DNA from: Minisyncoccota bacterium
Lineage (GTDB): Bacteria; Patescibacteriota; Minisyncoccia; Minisyncoccales; Minisyncoccaceae
Length of the DNA: 32,000 bases
Assembly (NCBI GenBank): GCA_041651335.1
Contig: JBAZJL010000002.1
Coordinates: 1 to 32,000 of the forward strand
Direction of reading: 5' to 3'
Shown: positions 1 to 8,950 of the stretch, one piece after another
Layout: every line of letters begins with the position of its first letter
Position numbering within the stretch: the first letter of the stretch is position 1
Made by a program: the position numbers and the translations under genes
Notes under the pieces: model-generated
Seen by the model: the letters and a program-made list of their open reading frames with translations, nothing else
What the model was told of the DNA's origin: nothing
The model's database searches: none

Positions 1-3000
1 CTTGATCAGAATATCTATAAAATTGTAAATATTTTTCATAATATCCATTTTGAGAAGCTAGGGTAAAATTAGAAGTAAGGGCGCTACCATCAGATAGAAC
101 CGTAATCGTTGTTCCGTTTGTTCTTAATTCATAAGTATGATTTCCGGGGTAGTTAGTACTATTATAAATAGTTGATCCTGAATTTTCTCCAATAAATAAA
201 TCGGGTGTGCCATCATTTCCTGAAAACGTTGACATATTTTGCATAACATTGATTGAAGTTGAATTGGTTAAATAAAACCCACCATACCACCAAAGACCCT
301 GCCCAGAAGATTCATATTGTTTTGCATAATATCTTACGGCATAACCATTTCTTAAATCATATGCCTGGTTACTTTTTAAATAACAACCAGCATAAGAAGC
401 ATACGCAGAAGATCTAGCAGTAACAACTAATTCTCCGCTGACTATTGAAACAGATCCGCCACTATTAGTCCCTTCGCATGTTGCTGTCCATTTGCTTGTA
501 TTGATAGTGCCTGAATTAAAATCATCGAATAAAACAAATGTATTATCTCCACTGCTGACGCTAACTGCTGAAGCATTGCCATAATAAATATAAATAGTAT
601 TACTACCAGAAGCAAGGCTTGGTGCTTTAACCCAAAAAGTGGCAGTTGAAGAATCTGTTTTTGATTCTAACCAATAACTTAATTCCGTTGTTCCATCTGA
701 AGCAGTAAAACGGATATCATCAAAATCAGCTTGCATGTCAGAGTCATAAGCAACAACCACTTTAACTTGATAATTTGTTAAAGCCGATGATGATGAAACT
801 GTTACTGGTTTTCTTTTTGAATAATTTGTTAACCATGGCGAGCTAGCCGTACATGTCCATGCCCATGGACCAGAACCAGAAACAGCAGAAGCTGTTCCCG
901 CAGAACAAAGATTAGTTGTTGGTGCTATTGAAAATGTTCCACCATTAGATGATCCACAAGTGCCAACACCTACTACAACTATATTCGCCGAACAACTTAC
1001 AGCCAAAGAATCATTGCCAATACAAGTCCAAGTGTAAGTTGTTTCTCCAGTGGTGACAGAAGATGCTGTGCCATAGGTACAAAGATTTGTTGAAGGAGCA
1101 GATGAAAATGATCCGCCATTAGATGATCCACAAGTAGTTTTGTAAGTATAACAAGCTGCGTCTACGCCTGGATTATTAGTACAAGACCAAAGCCAAATAT
1201 TACTCGAAAGATTTAAAGTGGTATTGCTTCCATAAGCACAAAGATTGGTTGAAGGCTGATCTCTTCTCACGGTATTGTGATATGTTCCGCAAGCAACTTT
1301 TGGAGCAGAACAACTAGCTGTTGTTCCCCCGCCAGAACCAGTACATGACCAGGTCCAAGAAGAACCAGCATCAGCAAACGAAGTAAATGTTCCAGTAGCA
1401 CATCTTTCGGCGACTGTATCAATTTCACTAGTTGAAGTATATCCATGAGTATTGGCTGTTCCACAAGAACCATTAACAGATGTTAAATTAGCAGAACAGC
1501 TGGCTGTTGTTCCGCCATTGATTCCATTACAAGTCCAAGTCCAAGGTCCGGTTCCAGAAACAGCAGAAGACGTTCCCGCAGAACAAAGATTAGTTGAGGG
1601 CGCTGTTGAAAATGTTCCACCATTAGATGATCCGCAAACACCGTTAACTGTTCGGCTGGCTGAACAACTAGCTGTTGTTCCCCCGCCAGATCCAGTACAT
1701 GACCAGGTATAAGTTGAAGCATTGGTTGTTACTGATGTTGCGCTTCCCGCAGAACAAAGATTAGTTGCTGGTGCCGTTGAAAATGTTCCACCATTAGATG
1801 ATCCGCAAGTGCCATTAACAGGCACTACTCTAGTCGCTGAACAGTTGACTGCCAAAGAATCATTACCAGTACAAGTCCAAGTATAGGTTGTTTCTCCAGT
1901 AGTGACAGAAGATGCTGTGCCATAAGTACAAAGATTAGCTGAAGGAGCAGACGAAAACGATCCGCCATTAGATGATCCGCAAGTAGTTTTGTAAGTATAA
2001 CAAGCTGCGTCTACGCCTGGATTATTAGTACAAGACCAAAGCCAGACATTACTCGAAAGATTTAAAGTGGTATTGCTTCCATAAGCACAAAGATTGGTTG
2101 AAGGCTGATCTCTTCTCACGGTATTGTGATATGTTCCGCAAGCAACTTTTGGAGCAGAACAACTAGCTGTTGTTCCCCCACTAACCCCAACACAAGACCA
2201 AGACCAAGAAGAGGTATTGTCTGTAAATGATCCGCTAAATGTTCCTGCTGAACATCTTTCCGCGGCTGTATCAATATATGATGTTGCTTGATATCCATGA
2301 GCATTAGCTGTTCCGCAAACACCATTAACTCTACTGCAAATACTAAATGTGCTTATGTTTCCAATCACATATTCACGAATTAAATAAATATCATCAAATT
2401 CTCCATCACCATTTCCATTAACGTCGATTAAATTTAATGGCAATGTTTCTATTTGAGAAAATGCTACTTGCACATCATAATAATTAATAGATCCATTTTG
2501 GCTAGTATCTCCATAAGAACCACAAGGAATTGAACGGCTTAATTGATTAGAGCTACAAGAAGCTGTTGTTCCACCATTAGAGCCTGCACAAGTCCAGCCA
2601 AAGGTTGTTGCATTGGTTGTTACTGAAGAAGCAGTACCTGTATTACAAAGATTAGTTGGCACATCATAAGAAGATTGGCCATTAGCAGAACCGCAAGAGC
2701 CGTTCACTACTATCAATCTAGTTGCCGAACAACTAGCTGTTGTTCCGCCATTTGAACCTACGCAATTCCACGTGTAAGTTGTGTCTCCAGTTGTTACTCC
2801 TGTTTCAGTTCCTTGATAACAAAGATTACTAGAAGGAGCAGAGGTAAATGAACCTCCGCTAGAGGGACCACAAATTCCATCAATTGGTGTGGCGCCCTCA
2901 CCACCCATTAACCAAATCATGTCTGCACCCTCATAAGACACTACCGTATAATAACAAGTTTTACTTGTACCTCCATTGTGTCCACTACAATTAGCAACGC

Positions 3001-3616
3001 CGACGCCAGAAGGCAAATCCAAATTTGTTGTTTGAGTTCCTTTCTTACATATATTCCCCATACATTCGTTTGTAACATATGCGCCTGCATTCTGCGAAAA
3101 AATTGTACCACAAAGGGCGGTTCGCCTAAAAGCCCAGGTCAGGGTGCATTCAGCGTCTATCTTTTTTGGAGCAGAACAACTAGCGGTTCCGGCCCCATTA
3201 GCGCAAGACCAGTTAAAAATAGTTGTATAAGAAATCGGAGAGCCAGTATAAGGCACCTTTATTCCGCTCTCGGTAACACTAGAAGGAGTTCCTGTGTTAC
3301 ATAAAGCAGTTGGCGTGGTATAAGTTGCTACTCCATTAGCTGATCCACAAACAGGAGGTGACTCATAAGTATATGGAGCATAACACGCAACCATTGTTGG
3401 TGTTCCCCCAACACATAGCCACATCCATTGGTCGCCTTCAAGAGTAACTGATCCCGATGATCCGCTACTGCAAAGATTAACTGTTGGCTCTACCGGCCAT
3501 GATTGTTGTGTTGCTGTTCCGCAAGCAGCAGCTAAAACATTCCCACTGCTAAAAAACAAAAATACAAAACAGCTGGCAATAAAGAAAATTTGTTTGAGCT
3601 TGTTATTAAACCACAT
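1..3616 (-). CDS. Large secreted Cys-rich repeat surface protein. The C-terminus lies beyond the window edge (at least 1205 codons visible). It has a signal peptide, about 13 copies of a ~55-aa Cys repeat, a dockerin-like Ca-binding pair, a DUF2341-like domain and a LamG/concanavalin-like region.
   Basis: Not in the ORF track because there is no stop inside the window. The reverse-strand ATG at 3616-3614 opens MWFNNKLKQIFFIASCFVFLFFSSGNVLAAACGT. I read this frame by eye with no stop down to position 2 (...YLQFYRYSDQ), and both ends are in the same phase. No minus-strand sub-ORF in this frame is listed in the track, which is consistent with one open frame. The repeat pattern is NG.CG..NG..F...P..NLC..G..S.V....W.W.C.G..GG.T.SCSA. 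Dockerin-like motifs YGDTSQNGSINYYD and DVNGNGDGEFDD lie at about 2370-2525. The DUF2341-like stretch is RKPVTV...NYQVKVVV...DFDDIRFTASDGTTELSYWLE...FWVKAPSL...IYIYYGN at about 575-840. It is followed by DNTFVLFDDFNSGTINTSKWT. Confidence 0.8.
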   Translation of the reverse strand, partial: MWFNNKLKQIFFIASCFVFLFFSSGNVLAAACGTATQQSWPVEPTVNLCSSGSSGSVTLEGDQWMWLCVGGTPTMVACYAPYTYESPPVCGSANGVATYTTPTALCNTGTPSSVTESGIKVPYTGSPISYTTIFNWSCANGAGTASCSAPKKIDAECTLTWAFRRTALCGTIFSQNAGAYVTNECMGNICKKGTQTTNLDLPSGVGVANCSGHNGGTSKTCYYTVVSYEGADMIWLMGGEGATPIDGICGPSSGGSFTSAPSSNLCYQGTETGVTTGDTTYTWNCVGSNGGTTASCSATRLIVVNGSCGSANGQSSYDVPTNLCNTGTASSVTTNATTFGWTCAGSNGGTTASCSSNQLSRSIPCGSYGDTSQNGSINYYDVQVAFSQIETLPLNLIDVNGNGDGEFDDIYLIREYVIGNISTFSICSRVNGVCGTANAHGYQATSYIDTAAERCSAGTFSGSFTDNTSSWSWSCVGVSGGTTASCSAPKVACGTYHNTVRRDQPSTNLCAYGSNTTLNLSSNVWLWSCTNNPGVDAACYTYKTTCGSSNGGSFSSAPSANLCTYGTASSVTTGETTYTWTCTGNDSLAVNCSATRVVPVNGTCGSSNGGTFSTAPATNLCSAGSATSVTTNASTYTWSCTGSGGGTTASCSASRTVNGVCGSSNGGTFSTAPSTNLCSAGTSSAVSGTGPWTWTCNGINGGTTASCSANLTSVNGSCGTANTHGYTSTSEIDTVAERCATGTFTSFADAGSSWTWSCTGSGGGTTASCSAPKVACGTYHNTVRRDQPSTNLCAYGSNTTLNLSSNIWLWSCTNNPGVDAACYTYKTTCGSSNGGSFSSAPSTNLCTYGTASSVTTGETTYTWTCIGNDSLAVSCSANIVVVGVGTCGSSNGGTFSIAPTTNLCSAGTASAVSGSGPWAWTCTASSPWLTNYSKRKPVTVSSSSALTNYQVKVVVAYDSDMQADFDDIRFTASDGTTELSYWLESKTDSSTATFWVKAPSLASGSNTIYIYYGNASAVSVSSGDNTFVLFDDFNSGTINTSKWTATCEGTNSGGSVSIVSGELVVTARSSAYASYAGCYLKSNQAYDLRNGYAVRYYAKQYESSGQGLWWYGGFYLTNSTSINVMQNMSTFSGNDGTPDLFIGENSGSTIYNSTNYPGNHTYELRTNGTTITVLSDGSALTSNFTLASQNGYYEKYLQFYRYSDQ

Positions 3617-3646
3617 ATTTTTTTAATTATTTTATTTATTGCTTTT

Positions 3647-3675
3647 ATTATATAATTTTATTAAAAATCAAGCAA
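3647..3675 (-). promoter_or_regulatory. Candidate sigma70-type promoter for the large surface-protein gene
   Basis: Minus strand TTGCTT (3675-3670), a 17-nt spacer, then TATAAT (3652-3647), about 30 nt upstream of the ATG at 3616. Confidence 0.35.
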
Positions 3676-3676
3676 T

Positions 3677-3701
3677 AAAAAACAAGGGATTTCTCCCCTG
3701 T
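3677..3701 (-). terminator. Rho-independent terminator after clpP
   Basis: The minus-strand RNA forms ACAGGGG-AGAAAT-CCCTTGT (7 bp including one G:U) followed by TTTTT, 13 nt after the clpP stop. Confidence 0.5.
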
Positions 3702-3713
3702 TTTCAATTTTTG

Positions 3714-4310
3714 TTATTTTTTGCCAATAAACTGACTGGTAATCACTTGATCAACTACGCCATATTCTTTTGCTTCTTCGGCTGACAGATAAAAATCCCT
3801 ATCCGTGTCTTTGGCAATTTTGCTTAATGGCTGCCCAGTATGTTTTGCTAAGATTTTATTCATTTTTTCTTTTATCTTCAAAATCTGCTTGGCAGTAATT
3901 TCAATTTCCGATGCCTGGCCTTTTACTCCGCCCATTACTTGATGCAATAAAATCTCGGAATTAGGCAAAGCATATCTTTTGCCTTTAGCTCCGGCTGCTA
4001 GAATCAAGGCTCCCATTGATGCAGATAGTCCAATCGAAACGGTTGAAACATCGGGATTGATATATTGCATTGTATCATAAATAGCCAAGCCAGCAGTTAC
4101 TGATCCACCCGGACTATTAATATACATTTGAATATCTTTTTCCGGGTCTTTGCTAGCCAAAAATAATAATTGCGCCACAATTGAATTAGCCATATAATCA
4201 TCCACCACTCCGGCGACTAAAATAATCCTTTCTTTTAACAGCCGGGAATAAATGTCATAAGCTCTTTCCCCGTATTGTGATTTTTCAATAACAGTTGGTA
4301 TCAAGTTCAT
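3714..4310 (-). CDS. clpP: ATP-dependent Clp protease proteolytic subunit ClpP
   Basis: 198 aa. It contains [15 protein letters not shown], the catalytic Ser context [11 protein letters not shown], the His context LLHQVMGG and the Asp context [13 protein letters not shown]. Confidence 0.97.
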   Translation of the reverse strand: MNLIPTVIEKSQYGERAYDIYSRLLKERIILVAGVVDDYMANSIVAQLLFLASKDPEKDIQMYINSPGGSVTAGLAIYDTMQYINPDVSTVSIGLSASMGALILAAGAKGKRYALPNSEILLHQVMGGVKGQASEIEITAKQILKIKEKMNKILAKHTGQPLSKIAKDTDRDFYLSAEEAKEYGVVDQVITSQFIGKK

Positions 4311-4348
4311 AATTTTATTAATTTAATTTTTATAAAATATTAAATATT

Positions 4349-5620
4349 TTAACAGCCCAATATCTTAAAAATCTTTTCTCTTTTTATTTCATCTGCCAAA
4401 TATGTTTTTGATTCGCTCTTTTCAATTTCTTCTTTCGCTTTTTTTGAATCAGGATATTGCTTGATAATTTGCTCTATTTTCTCGTTTATTTCTTCGGGCA
4501 ATGCTTCTATTTTTTCGTCTTTTTCTATTTGATTAAAAATTAAAAATAACTTTACTCTTTGTTCTGCTATTTTTTTAAATTCGTCTTTTACTTCTTGCTC
4601 GGTTTTTTTTATTTGCTCTAAGTATTGAGTTAAAGGAATTCCCATTTCCGAATTAACTCTGGCTTTTAAGTTTTCAAAAAGAGCATTTTCTTCTCGCGAA
4701 CATAAAGAGGCCGGGACTTCTACTTTTACTTTTTCTGATATTTTTTCCAATACCTCTCCCCTCTTTTTTTCTTGAGCAGCGATTTCTTTTTCTTTAGTTA
4801 TTCCTTTTTTAATGTCATTTTTTAGGCTGCTTATACTGTCAAAATTGCCAATTTGTTTTGCCCATTCATCATTAATTTCGGGCAATTCAACCTTTTTTAC
4901 CTCTTTTATTAACATTTTTACTTCCACTGACTCTTCTTTTTGATCTGCCCCTAAAACGATTTTAGCTTGAAATGTTTTCTCTTCTCCTTTTTTCATATTT
5001 AACAAAGCCTGGTCAATTCCTTTCAGATAATGATTCTTTCCAACAATAAAGCTGTCTTGTTGTAATCCCTTGGGCAGATTTTTTGGGCCTGATAAAAATT
5101 CAAAATTTATTTCTGCTAAATCCCCGTTTTCAATAGCTCCATTTTTAACTGCTATTTTTGATCTTGATTGTCGTAACCATTCAATCGTGTCTTCCACTTC
5201 TTTTTCGCCGACTATGATTGGTTCTTTTTGAGCACAAACCTTGGCCGCAATCTCTCTAATATTAGGCAATTCTATTTTCGGTAAAACTTCTACTTCTAAT
5301 TTAAAAATAAAATCATTATTTCTGGCAATTTTTATTATTTCTACCTCTGGTTGGCTGATTGTATCTATTTTTTCTGATTTTAATATTTTTAACCAAGTAT
5401 CTCTAATAGCATTTTCTGCTGCTTCAGACAAAAGAGCTTCTGATCCAATCTTTTCTTCAATCAATTTTTCCGGGGCTTTCCCCTTCCTAAAACCAGGCAA
5501 TTCCGCATCCTTGCTAAAGTTTTTTAAAGCTTGATCATAAAAATTATTAAATTCTTCAGCTGTTATTTCCGCTTCAATCTTTTTTTTGTTTGAAGAAACG
5601 TCTTTTATTTCGTATTTCAT
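4349..5620 (-). CDS. tig: Trigger factor
   Basis: 423 aa. The N-terminal ribosome-binding region contains GFRKGKAP. The protein is Lys/Glu-rich with the usual length and sits in the classic tig-clpP adjacency. Confidence 0.92.
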   Translation of the reverse strand: MKYEIKDVSSNKKKIEAEITAEEFNNFYDQALKNFSKDAELPGFRKGKAPEKLIEEKIGSEALLSEAAENAIRDTWLKILKSEKIDTISQPEVEIIKIARNNDFIFKLEVEVLPKIELPNIREIAAKVCAQKEPIIVGEKEVEDTIEWLRQSRSKIAVKNGAIENGDLAEINFEFLSGPKNLPKGLQQDSFIVGKNHYLKGIDQALLNMKKGEEKTFQAKIVLGADQKEESVEVKMLIKEVKKVELPEINDEWAKQIGNFDSISSLKNDIKKGITKEKEIAAQEKKRGEVLEKISEKVKVEVPASLCSREENALFENLKARVNSEMGIPLTQYLEQIKKTEQEVKDEFKKIAEQRVKLFLIFNQIEKDEKIEALPEEINEKIEQIIKQYPDSKKAKEEIEKSESKTYLADEIKREKIFKILGC

Positions 5621-5693
5621 CGCTATTTTTAATCTTTTTATCTTATTTTAATCTTTTTTTCATTTGCCCTATATATATAGGTAGCTGAGTTTA

Positions 5694-6959
5694 TTATTCT
5701 TCTGATTCTTCTGCTATTTCGCTCTCGTTAATCTCGCCATCTTCTGACTCTTCAACATCCAAAGAATCTTGATCGCTTTTTACATCCAGTTTCCAGCCAG
5801 TAAGCTTGGCTGCTAAACGAACGTTTTGTCCATCCTTGCCGATTGCTAAAGATAATTGATCTACTGGAACAACTACGATTGCTGTATTCTTGGGCAATGT
5901 TTTTACTTCAATTACTTTTGCTGGAGATAAGGCATTGGTAATATATTTTACAACATCATCAGAATATTCGATAATGTCTATTTTTTCTCCACCAAGCTCG
6001 GAAATCACAGCAGAAACTCTTACCCCGCGCTGACCAACCATGGCTCCGATTGGATCAACTCCTTCTGCTAATGAGGCAACTGCTATTTTTGTCCGATTCC
6101 CAGGCTCTCGAGCAATTGATTTTATTTCTATTTGATTGCTTGATATTTCTGGAACCTCTAATTCAAAAAGTTTAGAAATTAATTTTGGATATATTCGAGA
6201 TAATAAAATAACCGGACCCCTTGGAGTGGTATCAACCCTTAAGATATATAATTTTAAACGTTGCCCTTCTTTATAAAATTCACCCCTAATTTGTTCTTCT
6301 TTTGGTAAAACACCTAAGCTTTTTCCAATATCAAAATAAATATTAGGCCCTTCGATTTTTTGCACAATCCCAGAAACAATCTCCCCTTCTTTTGATTTAT
6401 ATTCTTCGATTACCGCATCTTTTTCTGCTTCTCTTATTTTTTGTAAAATTACTTGTTTGGCGGTTTGAGCAGCAATTCTGCCAAAATCTTCTTTTTGGTC
6501 AACTGGGATTATCTGTTCTTCGCCAACTTTTAATTTTTGAGCCCCTGCTTCTTCAATTAAAATATGCCTTTCTGGATTATATCTTACTCTTCTTTGAACT
6601 TCTGAACTTTGAGGAATTTCTTCAATATTTAATTCTGATTCTGTGGGACGATAGCTATCTTTAATTTCAAAATCAAAAGAATATTTTTCTTCTAATGGTT
6701 GTTCTGTGTCCCCTTCTTTTGGCTCAACTGGTTCGGGAATATAAACAATTGTGTCGTCTACTACTGATTTTGTTCGCCAAAAATCAACCTTTCCTGTTCG
6801 AGGGTCAATTTTTGCTTTTATTATTTGACCTTTTTGACCATATTCTTTTTTATAGGCCGAAGCCAAAGCATGTTCTACTGTTTCTAAAACTTTTTCTTGA
6901 GATAATCCTTTTTCTTCGGCAATCTGCGTAATTGCAGATAAAAATGACTGAAAATCCAT
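5694..6959 (-). CDS. nusA: Transcription termination/antitermination factor NusA
   Basis: 421 aa. The N-terminus is MDFQSFLSAITQIAEEKGLS. The S1 domain contains GEIVSGIVQKIEGPNIYFDIG. The KH domains contain DPIGAMVGQRGVRV and LSLAIGKDGQNVRLAAKLTGWKLDV. It has an acidic tail. Confidence 0.95.
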   Translation of the reverse strand: MDFQSFLSAITQIAEEKGLSQEKVLETVEHALASAYKKEYGQKGQIIKAKIDPRTGKVDFWRTKSVVDDTIVYIPEPVEPKEGDTEQPLEEKYSFDFEIKDSYRPTESELNIEEIPQSSEVQRRVRYNPERHILIEEAGAQKLKVGEEQIIPVDQKEDFGRIAAQTAKQVILQKIREAEKDAVIEEYKSKEGEIVSGIVQKIEGPNIYFDIGKSLGVLPKEEQIRGEFYKEGQRLKLYILRVDTTPRGPVILLSRIYPKLISKLFELEVPEISSNQIEIKSIAREPGNRTKIAVASLAEGVDPIGAMVGQRGVRVSAVISELGGEKIDIIEYSDDVVKYITNALSPAKVIEVKTLPKNTAIVVVPVDQLSLAIGKDGQNVRLAAKLTGWKLDVKSDQDSLDVEESEDGEINESEIAEESEE

Positions 6960-7052
6960 AATGTTTATTTATCCTTTTTGCTTAAAATAGCAGGATTTAT
7001 GTTTTTTAAATTTTAATTATTTATTCAAATAAAAACTTGATATTTTGCTAAT

Positions 7053-7075
7053 AAAAAAACCGGAATTCATTCCGA
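7053..7075 (-). terminator. Short intrinsic terminator/attenuator hairpin in the nusA leader
   Basis: The minus strand forms (U)CGGAA-UGAA-UUCCG(G) followed by 7 U. It lies between the candidate promoter at 7111-7138 and the nusA ATG at 6959. Confidence 0.4.
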
Positions 7076-7110
7076 TCAAACAAAAATCAATTTCCTTATT
7101 CGTTATTTTT

Positions 7111-7138
7111 ATTTTAACAGAATACCAATAGTTGTCAA
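7111..7138 (-). promoter_or_regulatory. Candidate sigma70-type promoter for nusA
   Basis: Minus strand TTGACA (7138-7133), a 16-nt spacer, then TAAAAT (7116-7111). Confidence 0.45.
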
Positions 7139-7166
7139 GCATATGTTTTTATATTAAAATACAATC

Positions 7167-8714
7167 ATGAATTCAATTAAAAAAACTATTCTTTCTCCAA
7201 ATAATAAAAAACAAGACATTATCATTCCTCAAAATGTCTTTTTCTGTATAAACACTTTAAAAGACCACGGTTTTACAGCTTTTATTGTTGGCGGATGTAC
7301 TCGTGATTTTCTTAGAGGAATAGAGCCAAAAGATTGGGATATTGCTACAAGCGCTACCCCAGAACAAATCCAAGAAGTATTTAATAAGTTAAATATTAAG
7401 ACTTTTTATGAAAATAATTTTGGCACAGTTGGCCTGGAATTTTTAAAAAACAAAAAATCAAAATCCGAAAATCAATACGAAATTATTGAAATAACTACCT
7501 ATAGGTCTGAATCTTCTTATTCAGATAGCCGACATCCAGATAAAGTAGCTTGGTCAAAAACCATTGATCAAGACTTAAAAAGAAGAGATTTTACTATTAA
7601 CGCAATTGCCCTATCCCCTTTAAAAAATAAGCAAGAATTTGAAATATTTGACCTATTTAATGGCCAAGAAGACCTAAAAACCCATTTAATTAAAGCTGTA
7701 GGAGACCCAAAAGAAAGATTTAAAGAAGATGCTTTAAGAATGATGCGGGCCATAAGATTTGAAGCCAGCCTGGGAAACAATTGGCAAATTGAAAAAAACA
7801 CTTATCAAGCCATAATCGAGTGCTCAAAAGGATTACAAAAAATATCAACCGAAAGAATCAGAGACGAGTTAAATAAAATAATTATGACAAAAAATGCTGC
7901 CAAAGGCATTGATTCTTTAAGGCAATCTGGACTTTTAAATTATATAATTCCCGAACTTTTAGAAGGCTGTAATATTTCCCAAAACAAACATCATGTTTAT
8001 GATTGTTATAAGCACAACTTAGAATCTCTTGATTATACAGCCAAAAAGGGCTTTAGCTTCCCTATTCGTTTGGCTGCATTGTTGCACGATATTGGAAAAC
8101 CAAGATCAAAACAAGGAACCGGCAAAGAGGCTACTTTTTATAATCATGAAATGATTGGTGCCCGAATGGCCCAAAAAATATTAGAAAGACTGCGCTATCC
8201 CAAAAAAGAATGCGAAAAAATTATTACTTTAGTTCGTTTTCATTTGTTTTATTATAATGTTGACGAAGTAAAAGAAGCATCTATTCGTCGGCTAATAAAC
8301 AATGTTGGAATAGAAAATATAGAAGATTTATTAAAATTAAGAATGGCTGATCGAATTGGAAGCGGATGTCCAAAAGCCGAACCCTACAAACTAAGACATA
8401 TGAAATATATGATTGATAAGGTTTCTCGAGATCCAATTTCTGTAAAAATGTTAAAAATTAATGGCTTAGATTTAATAAAAATTCTAAAAATTGAACCTGG
8501 ACCAAAAATTGGACAAATATTAGATATTTTGTTAGAAGAAGTATTGGATAATCCGAAAAATAATACTAAAAAATACTTACAAAAAAGGGTAAAAGACTTA
8601 GCAAGCTTAAATGAAATTGATTTAATTAAATTATCCAATCAAGCCAAAAAAACTAAACAAACAATGGAAAACAAAGCCAATGAAGAAATAAAAGGAAAAT
8701 ATTGGGTTTGTTAA
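7167..8714 (+). CDS. cca: CCA-adding tRNA nucleotidyltransferase with an HD domain
   Basis: 515 aa. It contains FIVGGCTRDFLRG..DWDIAT and RRDFTINA, plus the HD region AALLHDIGKP. Confidence 0.9.
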   Translation: MNSIKKTILSPNNKKQDIIIPQNVFFCINTLKDHGFTAFIVGGCTRDFLRGIEPKDWDIATSATPEQIQEVFNKLNIKTFYENNFGTVGLEFLKNKKSKSENQYEIIEITTYRSESSYSDSRHPDKVAWSKTIDQDLKRRDFTINAIALSPLKNKQEFEIFDLFNGQEDLKTHLIKAVGDPKERFKEDALRMMRAIRFEASLGNNWQIEKNTYQAIIECSKGLQKISTERIRDELNKIIMTKNAAKGIDSLRQSGLLNYIIPELLEGCNISQNKHHVYDCYKHNLESLDYTAKKGFSFPIRLAALLHDIGKPRSKQGTGKEATFYNHEMIGARMAQKILERLRYPKKECEKIITLVRFHLFYYNVDEVKEASIRRLINNVGIENIEDLLKLRMADRIGSGCPKAEPYKLRHMKYMIDKVSRDPISVKMLKINGLDLIKILKIEPGPKIGQILDILLEEVLDNPKNNTKKYLQKRVKDLASLNEIDLIKLSNQAKKTKQTMENKANEEIKGKYWVC

Positions 8715-8785
8715 GGGCCCGTAATTAAACGGTATAATACTACTTTCGCATAGTAGCGTTAGGAGTTCAATTCTCCTCGGGTCCA
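8715..8785 (+). tRNA. tRNA-Ala (anticodon CGC)
   Basis: Hand-folded cloverleaf. Acceptor GGGCCCG/CGGGTCC includes the G3:U70 Ala identity pair. D stem is ATTA/TAAT. Anticodon stem is CTACT/AGTAG with loop TTCGCAT. T arm is AGGAG-TTCAATT-CTCCT. Discriminator is A and no CCA is encoded. The gene starts on the base after the cca stop codon. Confidence 0.9.
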
Positions 8786-8807
8786 CTTTTTATTATTATG
8801 TCCGCAT

Positions 8808-8875
8808 ATTAAATTATGTGGACATAATATAGAAAAATTTTGTCCAGATTTGTCCACAAACAAATTATCTGGACA
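8808..8875. promoter_or_regulatory. Cluster of DnaA-box-like TGTCC(A/G)CA / TGTGGACA motifs (left cluster)
   Basis: TTGTCCACA at 8850-8858 matches TTATCCACA at 8/9 positions. TTGTCCAGA at 8840-8848 and TGTGGACAT at 8817-8825 each match at 7/9. Weaker TGTCCGCA and CTGGACA motifs are also present. Confidence 0.4.
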
Positions 8876-8879
8876 TTCC

Positions 8880-8950
8880 CGGGATGTAATATAAAGGCAT
8901 TATGCAGGCTTCGGGAGTCTGTAATCTGGGTTCAATTCCCAGCATCCCGA
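8880..8950 (+). tRNA. tRNA-Pro (anticodon CGG)
   Basis: Acceptor is CGGGATG/CATCCCG. Anticodon stem is CAGGC/GTCTG with loop TTCGGGA. T arm is CTGGG-TTCAATT-CCCAG. Discriminator is A and no CCA is encoded. Confidence 0.88.

Noticed and set aside
1267-3304. Track ORFs 1267-1473(-), 1452-1712(+), 1483-1722(-), 2116-2325(-) and 2978-3304(+)
   Set aside because: All are alternative-frame or antisense shadows inside the long open frame at 3616-2. Their low-complexity, repetitive translations mirror the DNA repeats of that gene.
5241-8638. Antisense ORFs inside tig, nusA and cca (5241-5534, 6392-6664, 6695-6931, 7568-7801, 8384-8638), and similar ones inside pnp, comM, degV and the coiled-coil genes
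   Set aside because: They lie entirely within well-supported genes on the opposite strand. They have low-complexity Leu/Phe/Ile-rich translations typical of AT-rich shadow frames and no recognisable motifs.
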